The notes under the pieces were generated by a model, which searched no databases, was not told the origin of the DNA, and saw only the letters and a program-made list of their open reading frames with translations. Position numbers and translations under genes: made by a program. 56,244 nucleotides of DNA from an uncultured Ignavibacteriales bacterium (GTDB lineage Bacteria; Zixibacteria; MSB-5A5; GN15; FEB-12). Within the stretch, counting starts at the first letter, position 1. Every line of letters begins with the position of its first letter. Where the stretch lies: positions 1-56,244 of the forward strand of contig CAYXJN010000011.1 of the NCBI GenBank assembly GCA_964464605.1, given 5' to 3'. Positions 29,580 through 39,410 of the stretch are shown here, in pieces.

Positions 29580-31322
29580 CTATCGCACCAGGAGCATTTT
29601 CTTGGTCGTTTCTTCGTTATTCATAAAAAGCGTGTAGAAATAGACTCCGGAAGCAACCGTTTCACCGGAGCTATTCGTCGCATTCCAGATCACGCTGTTA
29701 TCACCAACGCTTGCTGTACCGTCAAAGAGCGTGGCGACCCGTTCACCCAAAAGGTTGTACACGTCGATACGGGCTTCCGCAGAACGGGTAGCAGTGAACT
29801 GAATCGTCGTGGTCGGGTTAAACGGATTCGGATAATTCTGCGACAGGAAAATATTGTTTGGCAGGATTTCCTCTTCGTCACCGGTACCGGCGGACAAACC
29901 GACAATCAGATCAGCAGTCATCGTCATGGCCGATGCAGAGATATTTTGCACACCAACGAATGAATTACCCAAGAGATATGAATTAGATGACGGGGATGAA
30001 ACCGCATCAAATGAGGTGTTGTTCGATGAACCGGGGAACGGATCGCCGGTATCGCCGCCGCCACCTAAATTGTTTTCTAACTGGTAGAAACCATCCGCCT
30101 GTTCAAGAGCGACTAAATAATGGTTCGCACCGTTTTGACCAGGATACCATTCCTGTGAATTGCCGGATTTAGATTCATCGATATGCCAAATCATCAAACC
30201 GGAACCGGGCAGATAGCTGTCATAGCCGACTTTCTGCCGATTTTCGACTAAGAAGTATTCGTTACTCGGCGCACCGGAAGTCCACAAACGATAGGCAACC
30301 GGATTCTGCGTAGACGTGGCGATAGATTCAGCTAATTGATTCGTCATAACATTGACGGGTGTAATCAATCCCATCTCTTTTTTGCACCAGGCGCTTGGAT
30401 GGGCAGGGGAATTTCCTAAACCGACTGTACCATTCCAGGTACCACCGGCCATCAGACACCATTTACCAATTCCTTTTGAAGTATAGTCGACATCATACAA
30501 ATCAGGCAGACCGAAACCATGCGCCAATTCATGCGCATAGACACCGATCGTCATATCACCGGGGGTGGACCAGTATTCCGGCTGAACGGTAAAGCTGGAA
30601 ATACGGACACCATCTTTCAGACGTGGAGAAATCCCCCATTTGTGTGACCAGATATCATTGTTGCTGCCAGAATATTCGGCGCCGCTGCCGCTATGGATAA
30701 CCAAAAGTACATCGACAAAACCGTTGCCGTCGTTGTCGTACTGAGAGAAATCAACGCTCGGATCAACCATGTCGACCAAATCTTCAACCATTTTCTGAGT
30801 ATTGTTCGGGTACGCACCGGTGCCGTTCTGGCCGTTTACATAATAGGAGTAATTCTGCGGAGCAGTTTGCCAGCCGGTAGAAGAGGGGGCATTAACCGTT
30901 ACTAAATCGATTTGGGCGTAGGACATTTCATTGTAATAATTTTTTACCGTGCTTCCGGTTGTTCCAAAAAGAAAGTTATCAAAGAAGCTCGCGGAAACTG
31001 AGGAAGGATGGTCACCGTATTTCACCAAAATCGCCAGTACTTTGAACGTACCAGCTGCTGAATACTGACCATGCACTTCTTTTGCGACGGCATTCGTGTT
31101 CGGACTCGCAAAAGCCTGCTCGCCTGTACAGATCCCTTTGTCGTGCATTTCATCGAGATGGGTTATGAAATACGGCATTGCCACTTTACCGGCGGCATTT
31201 CTTTCTAACAATGCCGGACTGGGCGGTGCAGAGAAAACCTGCATGGACAAAATAAACAGAACGGCGAACATGGTTGAAACCAGGCTGCCTGTTCTTACCC
31301 TGTTTGTGCTGTTAACGGACAT
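29580..31322 (-). CDS. M6 family (immune inhibitor A-like) metalloprotease with FlgD/T9SS-type C-terminal domain
   Basis: IWSHKW, AHELAHGFGLPDLYD, EYFLVENRQ; tail LSQNYPNPFNPTT...WNA..G..VASGVYFY..KKMLLVR; AAGGAG SD. Confidence 0.9.
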   Translation of the reverse strand: MSVNSTNRVRTGSLVSTMFAVLFILSMQVFSAPPSPALLERNAAGKVAMPYFITHLDEMHDKGICTGEQAFASPNTNAVAKEVHGQYSAAGTFKVLAILVKYGDHPSSVSASFFDNFLFGTTGSTVKNYYNEMSYAQIDLVTVNAPSSTGWQTAPQNYSYYVNGQNGTGAYPNNTQKMVEDLVDMVDPSVDFSQYDNDGNGFVDVLLVIHSGSGAEYSGSNNDIWSHKWGISPRLKDGVRISSFTVQPEYWSTPGDMTIGVYAHELAHGFGLPDLYDVDYTSKGIGKWCLMAGGTWNGTVGLGNSPAHPSAWCKKEMGLITPVNVMTNQLAESIATSTQNPVAYRLWTSGAPSNEYFLVENRQKVGYDSYLPGSGLMIWHIDESKSGNSQEWYPGQNGANHYLVALEQADGFYQLENNLGGGGDTGDPFPGSSNNTSFDAVSSPSSNSYLLGNSFVGVQNISASAMTMTADLIVGLSAGTGDEEEILPNNIFLSQNYPNPFNPTTTIQFTATRSAEARIDVYNLLGERVATLFDGTASVGDNSVIWNATNSSGETVASGVYFYTLFMNNEETTKKMLLVR

Positions 31323-31358
31323 GAAACTCTCCTTTATCTGTTGTGCTGCCAGGAGAAT

Positions 31359-31374
31359 TGCAAGCCGCATGCCA
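31359..31374 (-). promoter_or_regulatory. Sigma54 (-24/-12) promoter
   Basis: TGGCATGCGGCTTGCA, 36 nt upstream of the M6 protease start. Confidence 0.75.
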
Positions 31375-31526
31375 CCGGTGACGCCGGTTCTATAGGCTGA
31401 ATTTCAATGAGTTATGAGAAAGTATTGGAGTAATACCATAACCCGTTTATGGGGAGCTCCCTATCTCTATAGTGCTGATGTCATCTCATCAATAAGTCAA
31501 TGCAAATTGTTGATTCGTACTGAAAC

Positions 31527-31559
31527 AAAAAAGCGGCAGGAAGCCAATTCCCGCCGCTT
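31527..31559 (-). terminator. Intrinsic terminator after the DUF5723 gene
   Basis: AAGCGGC..GGAA / TTCC..GCCGCTT hairpin with a T-run on the minus strand. Confidence 0.65.
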
Positions 31560-31580
31560 ATGAATTCTTGATAACAGTAA

Positions 31581-32828
31581 TTAGAAACGAAGACCGGAAG
31601 CGACGGCGAACTGAATCCCTTTGGCGGATTCAAGTCCGATACCGGAATTCGTAACACCGGCAACGTCGATGTAAAAGAAGGCTAAATGCAACCCGGTACC
31701 CGCAGAAAATGTCGGGTCAGTGCCACCACCGGCAGAGGCGCCGGCGCGAAGCGGGATAAACGGTATGAAGCGGAGTTCTGAACCGATGCCGAAACGGGGT
31801 GTAGTCGATGCACCCGGGGCAGTCTTAAATCCCTGCTCCCATTCCAGCGTCCAGAGCAGACGACCGGTCGTGCGGGCGAATCCGACATTGATTTCAGCTG
31901 GCAGCGAAGTGCTGAATGAAGGAATGGAAGTTTCATAGTCATCGGTGATCACGTAATCTTCATCACCGTTTTCAACCGTCATTGAGTCAAAGTCGAACAA
32001 GAATCCACGTTCTGTTGTTTCTTTGTTCCAGTTGATTCGACTGATAACGTTATGGACACAGGCGCTGAGCGTGTAATTGCGGTTAAGCTTCAATCCGGCG
32101 CCAAGATCAAACGCATACCCGTTACCGCCGGTAGCTGTTTGAATAACCACACTGCCTTGTCCGGCGAAACCATTGCTGTTCGTCGTGGCAGAACCGGTGT
32201 TTTCGATAATGCGCTGGACTCCGAGCCCATAAATGTATTTCCCGGTAAACCCGACTGATAATTCACGACTTCCGTTTTTATAGATCGCAGTACCATAGGA
32301 AAGATTAGCCGAACCATAGCCGACTGCTTCGGAATACGTTCCCGTTACCGAAATCGTATCGCCGATGGCATTGCCATACAAAGCCAGTTCAAACACATCT
32401 TTACTGACATTGATATTGGCGGCGCCGGCTGCAGTAGTGGAGAGAACGAGTGAGCCAAGTGCAATCGATAACGCATTCGCGCCGACATCGGCACGGAGGG
32501 TCAATCCTGCATCCGGAATACTGTTAAGAATCTTTTCTTTATCATCATCATCCAAATATGCGCCGGTGTAGGCGTTATAATCATTCAGCGTAAATGCGTT
32601 GTTGGTGACTTGTGCGCCGACGCCGAAAAATTGCAAACCGTACGCTTTATAGCCGGAAAGACCAAGGTTAGCCGGATTGATTAGGGCAGCATCCGCACCG
32701 CTTGCCAATCCAGTAATGGCATTCCCCATGCCTAAATAACGGGGTGACGATACTGATTGTGCGCTTGCAACCGAGGCAATACCCAGGGTTAGAGCGGCGA
32801 ACACGGTAAGTGATATACGTTGTTTCAT
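31581..32828 (-). CDS. DUF5723/FadL-like outer-membrane beta-barrel
   Basis: Signal peptide, LGMGNA..NPANLG plug motif, PLRAG, C-terminal GLRF; GGAGG SD. Confidence 0.7.
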   Translation of the reverse strand: MKQRISLTVFAALTLGIASVASAQSVSSPRYLGMGNAITGLASGADAALINPANLGLSGYKAYGLQFFGVGAQVTNNAFTLNDYNAYTGAYLDDDDKEKILNSIPDAGLTLRADVGANALSIALGSLVLSTTAAGAANINVSKDVFELALYGNAIGDTISVTGTYSEAVGYGSANLSYGTAIYKNGSRELSVGFTGKYIYGLGVQRIIENTGSATTNSNGFAGQGSVVIQTATGGNGYAFDLGAGLKLNRNYTLSACVHNVISRINWNKETTERGFLFDFDSMTVENGDEDYVITDDYETSIPSFSTSLPAEINVGFARTTGRLLWTLEWEQGFKTAPGASTTPRFGIGSELRFIPFIPLRAGASAGGGTDPTFSAGTGLHLAFFYIDVAGVTNSGIGLESAKGIQFAVASGLRF

Positions 32829-32838
32829 AACTCCTCCC

Positions 32839-34896
32839 TTAGAAATTGCCGTCAAAGCGGTAAGCGAATTCAAGGCGTCCTACGACATGGACATAGTCGC
32901 CGCCGGTCATTTTCACGAACTGTCCGTCGGTGCTTTCAAGCGTCATCCGCTGTCCGATATAGAGCACCGGATTGTTGAACACCTGAATATCCGCGCTGTC
33001 CAAAACGATTGTGCGCTCACCGGTGAAGGTGGTGTCCGTAACGACACCCTGTGCCGTTACGGGAGCGCCGTCAACAGACAAGGAATCGAACACTAAAAGC
33101 GGGCTGGTGAAAACGGTTGCTGAATCGGTAGAGATATAAATCGACACCGAAGCGCCGAGCGGCAGGTGGTTAGTGATACTGTAAACAAACTGTGCCTCGG
33201 TGATATGATCCGTAATTTCATCGATATCATCAGACTCGATATCCGCATTTTCGACATCGGCATCGAAGGTCGTCTGTGGAATTGAAATATTGAGCGGTGC
33301 AGATATAATAACGTTGCTGACGACATAATCATCTTCCGTGATCGTTCCGGTGTAGGTTCCGTCCCCAATTACGGCCGAACCAACAATCGTTACTTCAGAC
33401 GGAATCGGTGAAAAAAAGTCTCCAGCTGAGGTATCGCTCAAATTAACCGTGGAAGGCTGTCCCGGCGAACCGGGAGTGATAACACCTGAGAGGTGCATCG
33501 TTTTTCCGTTGTTGCCGTTGAGGGTGATATCAACCGTTCCCGGCATATCGAGCGCATTCTCGATTTCAAGAGTAATCATACCATCCTGTATCTGCGCTGA
33601 GTCGAGGCCCATCGGAACATCGATATTCTGATCGAAATTATCAAAATTGATAACGGTCGAATCAATTGCACCGGTAATCGAAGCGAAATTCAGATTACTT
33701 AATTCGGCCACGACGACAAATGAATCGGATTGATTGACCTGCACCTGATTGGAGCCGGTACCGAAAATCGTACCTTCCGCATCGAACATGATTTGTTGTG
33801 GAGTGGTTACGTCGGTCGGGGTTATTTGATACCCAGCAAGATTGGTATTTACGTTCACCGTCGAGAACGGACCAACTTGACGGGTAACCGTTAAAGCGAC
33901 GCCGTTTAATTTCAGGTCAGGAACGGTTACCGTAAATGATGAAGTCAAATTACTGGCGTTGGTAATGGTCGTGCGGAACATTCCGCTGCCGAGCGTTACT
34001 TGGTCAATGCGGCCATCCTCGTCGAAGGCGACACTCTGCGTCATTGAACAGGAAAAAGTCGGAATCTGTGCAGTTGCAGCAGTCACGGTTAATTCATCAG
34101 GAAACTCGACGCTCGTTCCCAAATAGCGGGTCGATACGCCCGTTACCGTTCCACCCGGTGTATGGCAGGTGGCGGTAACACGGATATTGTTCGACATCGT
34201 TTTGCCACCGAGGAAAATATCAACCGAGGTGTTTGCGCCGGTCGCAAGCGGAGTGGCGAATGTGTCGACTGAAACAACTACCGAACGATCTATGTCATAT
34301 AATTGCGTATAGATAGTATCGAGCGAAACGCCGAGATTGTTGTCGATCTGAATCCGCAGAGTTCCGCCGGAAAAAGTTGCGGATGAAAACGTCGAAAAGG
34401 CGGGAATGGTATTGAATACTGTAAAGCCCATCGCGGTGACATCGGCTGAATCATTCGGTAATCCGGAAGATAATCCGGCTATCGAAGCGAGAGTGACATT
34501 AACAGGGGTGGTGGAAGGGGCAGTCATGGTGACTTCTTCCAGCCGTTCCGCGATATGATACTGCAGGTCAGCGGTCGAAAGCTGGTCGGCATCGAAACGA
34601 AGCGTGTCTACCGGCAGCCGGAGATTGAAGCTGACTATATCATTGACGGAATCAAAGATGAGACCCTCCTGATCGATCCGTTCGACCAACTCCTGAACCG
34701 GATAAGTGCGATTCAAGAGCGGAACGGTAAGATTCGTATCCCAGGACGGCGATTCCGGTTTGTTGACTGTGCACTGCGCCAGAGTCAGGAAAACCAGTAC
34801 TACTCCCAGCACCATGAACAACTCGCCGAAAAGCCTGAGTGGGCTTGTCGATGAGAGCCTGAAGATGCTTCCATTTCCGTTTCGTTTATGTGCCAT
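32839..34896 (-). CDS. Large beta-rich, acidic secreted/lipoprotein hypothetical protein
   Basis: 685-aa ORF; hydrophobic segment ending LAQC followed by P.W...L.VPL; Thr/Ser/Asp rich. Confidence 0.75.
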   Translation of the reverse strand: MAHKRNGNGSIFRLSSTSPLRLFGELFMVLGVVLVFLTLAQCTVNKPESPSWDTNLTVPLLNRTYPVQELVERIDQEGLIFDSVNDIVSFNLRLPVDTLRFDADQLSTADLQYHIAERLEEVTMTAPSTTPVNVTLASIAGLSSGLPNDSADVTAMGFTVFNTIPAFSTFSSATFSGGTLRIQIDNNLGVSLDTIYTQLYDIDRSVVVSVDTFATPLATGANTSVDIFLGGKTMSNNIRVTATCHTPGGTVTGVSTRYLGTSVEFPDELTVTAATAQIPTFSCSMTQSVAFDEDGRIDQVTLGSGMFRTTITNASNLTSSFTVTVPDLKLNGVALTVTRQVGPFSTVNVNTNLAGYQITPTDVTTPQQIMFDAEGTIFGTGSNQVQVNQSDSFVVVAELSNLNFASITGAIDSTVINFDNFDQNIDVPMGLDSAQIQDGMITLEIENALDMPGTVDITLNGNNGKTMHLSGVITPGSPGQPSTVNLSDTSAGDFFSPIPSEVTIVGSAVIGDGTYTGTITEDDYVVSNVIISAPLNISIPQTTFDADVENADIESDDIDEITDHITEAQFVYSITNHLPLGASVSIYISTDSATVFTSPLLVFDSLSVDGAPVTAQGVVTDTTFTGERTIVLDSADIQVFNNPVLYIGQRMTLESTDGQFVKMTGGDYVHVVGRLEFAYRFDGNF

Positions 34897-34948
34897 AAGC
34901 TCCCCGAAGATTCACCTGTTGTGTTTCATTTTGTTACCACCGGTAACT

Positions 34949-34964
34949 TGCAAGCGGGATGCCG
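34949..34964 (-). promoter_or_regulatory. Sigma54 (-24/-12) promoter
   Basis: CGGCATCCCGCTTGCA, about 50 nt upstream of the 34896 start. Confidence 0.65.
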
Positions 34965-35104
34965 GAGTTGATTGCGCTCATCCAGTTGCTGTTTATCCGC
35001 TTGTTGCATTCCTGCTTGCCGTCGGTATTGCGCTTGTACCACCAGTGAGGGAAACGCCCCATATATTGACTCATCCGCTTCTTCTTTTTACCCTGTGCTA
35101 ACGT

Positions 35105-36055
35105 ATGGGCATGTCCAAGTATGATCGGCTGTTGTATATCCTCAATCTGCTGCGCTCCCGGCGTAATCTGAACGCGCGTCTATTGGCTGCGGAGTGCGGC
35201 GTTACTGAGCGGTCGATTTACCGGGATATTCTGGCGCTTTCCGAGGCGCATATCCCTATCTACTACGACAACGGGTACAAGCTCGCGTCAGATAGCTTTC
35301 TGCCGCCGCTCAATTTCGATCTCGAAGAATACAGCTGCCTTAAGCTCACTTTGGATTCAACCCCTTTAACTAAAATCGCCAAATACAACCGACTTCTGAA
35401 GGAGATAAAGGCGAAAATCGATTCCCGGTTATCGGACACCGTCAAGCAGCAGCAGAAATTCTCCCAGCAAACGACGACCGTTGAAATCGATGCTTCTGTT
35501 CAGCAGGAGCGGGGGGAGAAATTCTATTCAGCAATTGAACAGGCAATCAGCGATGAGAAGTGTCTGGAAATCAAATATGACTCCCTGACCTCTGGTCAAA
35601 CCAAACGGGTGATTGAGCCGTATTTTCTGATATTCTTGGGCCGCTCATTTTACTTCGTTGCTTTTTGCCGGTTACGGAAAGATTTCCGAACCTTTCGTGT
35701 CGACCGGGTACTTTCTATTGAAAAAACAGGGCTGGTTTTCAAAAGGCAAAAAGGTGTCGAACCGGAAACATACTTTGAAGATAGCTGGCGCATATTCCAT
35801 GGAGAGCCGGTTTCTATTGTAGTCAAGTTTACCGGAAGGGCGGCAAAAGTAGTGAAAATGTCGCGACATCATCCGAAAGAATCGATCGAAGAAATCAATG
35901 ATTCGGAAATTATCTATCGTGTCGTTACGCGCGGTCACGAAGAAGTTCAGCGCTGGATACTCGGTTTCGGTGATGAGGCGGAAGTGTTAGAGCCGAAACC
36001 ACTGCGGAAAGAAATAGCGCGAGTGAGCGCAGTATTGTCGAAACGATATCAGTAA
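35105..36055 (+). CDS. HTH-WYL-WCX transcriptional regulator (YafY/PafBC-like)
   Basis: HTH (ECGVTERSIYRDI), WYL core (RVIEPY..FYFVAFCRLRKDFRTFRVDR), WCX (WILGFG..AEVLEP..LR); TTGACT-N17-TACCCT promoter just upstream. Confidence 0.9.
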   Translation: MGMSKYDRLLYILNLLRSRRNLNARLLAAECGVTERSIYRDILALSEAHIPIYYDNGYKLASDSFLPPLNFDLEEYSCLKLTLDSTPLTKIAKYNRLLKEIKAKIDSRLSDTVKQQQKFSQQTTTVEIDASVQQERGEKFYSAIEQAISDEKCLEIKYDSLTSGQTKRVIEPYFLIFLGRSFYFVAFCRLRKDFRTFRVDRVLSIEKTGLVFKRQKGVEPETYFEDSWRIFHGEPVSIVVKFTGRAAKVVKMSRHHPKESIEEINDSEIIYRVVTRGHEEVQRWILGFGDEAEVLEPKPLRKEIARVSAVLSKRYQ

Positions 36056-36061
36056 GGAGTC

Positions 36062-36676
36062 CTACAACTTCGCATACACCCCTATATAAAAAGACTTGCC
36101 CGATCCAAGCCGCTTCGTAAAAAATTCCTCGACTACTAATCCATTCATCAATGTTTGTTTTTCGAATACTGGAACATCAACATACTTCATAATCGAATCG
36201 AGTGAGAGCAAGCTGGTAAACGGGGTATTAGAAACTTTGGGGAGTTGTTCGCTCGATAATTGTAACAGTGCGACCAGATGTCCACCGGGCTTCAGCCATG
36301 AGGCAATGCGGGGGAGAGAGATGGATATATCGACATACTCAAAGATCAGCGCACCGAAAATAAAATCGAACCCATCCTGTTTTAACTCGACTGTTTCAAT
36401 CCCGCCATGAACAACTTCAAGGCCGGGGAGATTTGAGAAGCGACCCTTTAAAATATTCAAATAATCCTGATTAGTGTCGAGTGCAGTGACCTTGCAGGTA
36501 ACGGTTTGTATATGCTCTAACCCGTTTCCGGTGGTTGCCCCTAATACTAAAACCGATTCAGGCAGATATTTGGAGTAATAGATGCGAAAGGTTTCGTTAA
36601 TGAGCTGTGATTGTCCGACTTGGGACATATGCCCCTCATAGTCGTCAGCCAATATACCGAGCCAGGGGTTAGTCAT
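36062..36676 (-). CDS. Class I SAM-dependent methyltransferase
   Basis: VLVLGATTGNG, ALD, FDFI...LIFEY, LKPGG. Confidence 0.8.
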   Translation of the reverse strand: MTNPWLGILADDYEGHMSQVGQSQLINETFRIYYSKYLPESVLVLGATTGNGLEHIQTVTCKVTALDTNQDYLNILKGRFSNLPGLEVVHGGIETVELKQDGFDFIFGALIFEYVDISISLPRIASWLKPGGHLVALLQLSSEQLPKVSNTPFTSLLSLDSIMKYVDVPVFEKQTLMNGLVVEEFFTKRLGSGKSFYIGVYAKL

Positions 36677-36728
36677 GCGTTAACATAAATCGATTTATCC
36701 ATTGGGTGTATCGTTTTTCTTTATAAAT

Positions 36729-36757
36729 AAATACCCCGCTGGTTTTGCGGGGTATTT
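36729..36757 (-). terminator. Terminator-like hairpin after the dodecin gene
   Basis: AAATACCCCGC...GCGGGGTATTT. Confidence 0.6.
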
Positions 36758-36815
36758 GCTTACGAGGGTAAGCACTTTCTATGGCGGCATCATGCAGATA
36801 CCTGCCAAATTCGAA

Positions 36816-37079
36816 TCAACTTTTGTACGGCCACCGTGATTTGAGTCCGTATGCAATTCGCATATCCACATGATACTGCGTGATATGATTCTCTTCGACC
36901 TGAGCAGTTTGGTGCAGGACTTCAATCCCCGTTATTCCGGTAATTGACTCTGCAACCTGCTCTAATCCACTTTTCACGGCGTCTTCAAAGCTCTTTTCGG
37001 ATACTCCGACAACTTCTATAACGCGTACTGCTCCCCGAACAACAAAGTCCGGATCGACTATCGGTTTTACCGTTTGCAT
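36816..37079 (-). CDS. Dodecin family protein
   Basis: VIEVVGVSEKSFEDAV...SITGITGIEV...I..YHVDMRIAY. Confidence 0.8.
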   Translation of the reverse strand: MQTVKPIVDPDFVVRGAVRVIEVVGVSEKSFEDAVKSGLEQVAESITGITGIEVLHQTAQVEENHITQYHVDMRIAYGLKSRWPYKS

Positions 37080-37178
37080 ATCATCACCTTCTTTCTGGAC
37101 GGTAGTTGGCATTTAAGCCAACTACCGAGTGGTTGCGCAATTTCTGCCCGTAGTCAGCAGGCAGCGTGTAGATTCATC

Positions 37179-37619
37179 TTATCCCTTAGCCATCACCGGT
37201 ATTTGGTGGGGTTTGGCTTCAGGCTTGCGCATGAGATGAACTTCCAGAACCCCCTTGTTGTATTCGGCTCGAATCTTCGACGGGTCAATCGCCGCCTGAA
37301 TCCGGAGGGTGCGCTCAAACATTCCGTGTTTGCGTTCCATGCTGTAGTAGTGTTTTTTCTTTTCCTCTTTCTCTTCTTTTCGTTCACCCGAAATAGTCAG
37401 CAGATCGCCTGAAATGGATACTTTGATATCTTTCTGATCCATGCCGGGTAAATCGATCCGGGCAACCACTTCGTCGTCTGTTTCCGACAGATCTACCTCC
37501 GGCAGCCAGTTTCCGTTTGCCGGCAGGGTAGTGTCGCCGAACAGGTTTTCCATCATCCGTTCTAAATCGCGGCGGAAAATCATCCGATCATCGAACGGAT
37601 GCCATTTAGTCAATTGCAT
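37179..37619 (-). CDS. Hsp20/alpha-crystallin small heat-shock protein
   Basis: PEVDLSET, DLPGM, LTISGER, ER..G.FER, AEYNKGVL. Confidence 0.92.
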   Translation of the reverse strand: MQLTKWHPFDDRMIFRRDLERMMENLFGDTTLPANGNWLPEVDLSETDDEVVARIDLPGMDQKDIKVSISGDLLTISGERKEEKEEKKKHYYSMERKHGMFERTLRIQAAIDPSKIRAEYNKGVLEVHLMRKPEAKPHQIPVMAKG

Positions 37620-37678
37620 AATCAGCTCCTTTCAATCAGAACAGCGCATACATGCGCTGCCCTGATGCGCTCATACAT

Positions 37679-38317
37679 TCAAAAGTACCACAAAGCGTCA
37701 TCACTGCCGCAGGCGCAGCTTTTTTGCGCTCTCGCTGCTTCATCATCACTTAGCAGTGTCCAGTCATTTTGCCAAAACTGATGAAATACCACACCCTGGG
37801 CATCGGTTCGCTGCAGCAGTTCGATCAGCTTCAACAAATGAGTCATCACTTCTGTTGAATTTCTGTCATAGTACACAACGGCACGTAAAATGTGCCGGGC
37901 ATCAATGATGCAGATGACATGAATGTGCAGCACCACTCCCTGTTTTTTAACAACCATGCCGTATAGCTGCGCCACTGTACCGTCGATGTCCGGTATGATA
38001 GGGAACCAGATTTTCAGGCCAAGCTCTTCGCGCGCTTCAAGGCACCAGTGCAGAGCCGTCAGAGTGTCTTCTACGTCTACGCCGATCAGTTCGCAATTCA
38101 TGGCGCGAAGATTTCGGTAATGCAGCGAGAAAAGAGGTTCATCCCAGCGACGGTCGGGTGATAACTCAAAGGGATGGGAACTCAATACGACCCATGAACC
38201 CCTGTAATCCTGCAATCTGATTGTTCCGTGAGTTGAGTCAGCCGTGAAGTCAGGTGCTTGCTGCCCTATCGTCGGATGCGACGTCAACTGAGGTAATATA
38301 GATTCTACAACCTTCAT
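37679..38317 (-). CDS. Peroxiredoxin (Prx6/AhpC-TSA)-like protein lacking catalytic residues
   Basis: IGQQAPDFTADSTHG.I.L.DY.GSWVVLSSHP and FPII.D..G.VAQLYGM are present, but PVCTTE is absent. Confidence 0.75.
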   Translation of the reverse strand: MKVVESILPQLTSHPTIGQQAPDFTADSTHGTIRLQDYRGSWVVLSSHPFELSPDRRWDEPLFSLHYRNLRAMNCELIGVDVEDTLTALHWCLEAREELGLKIWFPIIPDIDGTVAQLYGMVVKKQGVVLHIHVICIIDARHILRAVVYYDRNSTEVMTHLLKLIELLQRTDAQGVVFHQFWQNDWTLLSDDEAARAQKSCACGSDDALWYF

Positions 38318-38554
38318 GATTAACCTCGCAGCAATACAAACACTGCTATCTGTAACTAAACGATGCTTACTTTTGTGTCAAGCAATAAGTATGATTTTTT
38401 TGTGAATGAAGACAATCATCCACTCTTTTGTGTGAATTGCAGGCAGGTGTTGATAGAGATGCAGTCAATCTGAACACAGAATAATTGCATTGCCAATTAT
38501 GAGGCTGCCGCTGTTAATTAAACTCGTAGTACACACGCTAACAAAGGAGTTGCT

Positions 38555-39325
38555 ATGAACCGCGTTAAAGATAAAGTCGTTGTTGTGACCGGCGGGGCAC
38601 TGGGTATCGGCCGGGCAGCCTGTGTGTTGCTTGCCAATGAAGGGGCAAAGGTAGCGGTAGCAGATCTGTTGGATACCGAAGGGAAGCAAGTTGTCGATGG
38701 AATCAAGAAAAACGGCGGCATCGCGGAATACTGGCATCTGAATGTTGCTGACGAAAAAGACGTAGAGCGCACCTTTGCCGATATTGTGAAACACTTTGGT
38801 GCGCTGCATGTTTTAGTCAGCAATGCCGGAATCGCCGGTGTTAATAAACCGACGCATGAAATAAGTGAAGCAGAATGGGACAAGGTAATAGCGGTGAACG
38901 TGAAAGGGGTCTTCTTCTGCACGAAACATACCGTTCCCTATATGCGAAAAGCCGGCGGTGGAAGCATTATTAATCTCTCATCCATTTACGGCATTATCAG
39001 CGCTCCGGATGTTCCGCCATACCACGCATCGAAAGGGGCCGTCCGTTCAATGAGCAAAACAGATGCGCTTTTGTACGCGCCGGATAAGATTCGCGTCAAT
39101 TCAGTTCATCCAGGGTATATCTGGACTCCGCTGGTTGAAAATCTGGGGAAAGCGTCACCGATCGGTGTTGATGCATTTCGCAGTCAGTTGGATGCCCTGC
39201 ACCCGCTGGGTCATGTCGGAGAACCGGACGATATCGCCTACGGCATACTCTATCTTGCTTCCGATGAATCGAAATTCATGACCGGCAGCGAACTGGTTAT
39301 TGATGGAGGGTATATCGCACGATAG
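38555..39325 (+). CDS. SDR family oxidoreductase
   Basis: TGGALGIG, NAG, NLSS, YHASK, VNSVHPG, TGSELVIDGG. Confidence 0.92.
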   Translation: MNRVKDKVVVVTGGALGIGRAACVLLANEGAKVAVADLLDTEGKQVVDGIKKNGGIAEYWHLNVADEKDVERTFADIVKHFGALHVLVSNAGIAGVNKPTHEISEAEWDKVIAVNVKGVFFCTKHTVPYMRKAGGGSIINLSSIYGIISAPDVPPYHASKGAVRSMSKTDALLYAPDKIRVNSVHPGYIWTPLVENLGKASPIGVDAFRSQLDALHPLGHVGEPDDIAYGILYLASDESKFMTGSELVIDGGYIAR

Positions 39326-39410
39326 CCCATTGCCCGACGGACGCACTCAAAATGTGATACTCACCCATTCGTTTCTGCCGTTATTACCGGTATAAACTAC
39401 AGGTGATGTT

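Noticed and set aside
29571..29963. 130-aa plus-strand ORF
   Set aside because: Antisense shadow of the M6 protease C-terminal domain.
31323..31370. Longer start for the M6 protease
   Set aside because: It overlaps the sigma54 box, and the SD supports ATG 31322.
39326..39410. SOS box upstream of umuD
   Set aside because: No CTGT-N8-ACAG or GAAC-N4-GTTC seen; an unknown lineage-specific box cannot be excluded.
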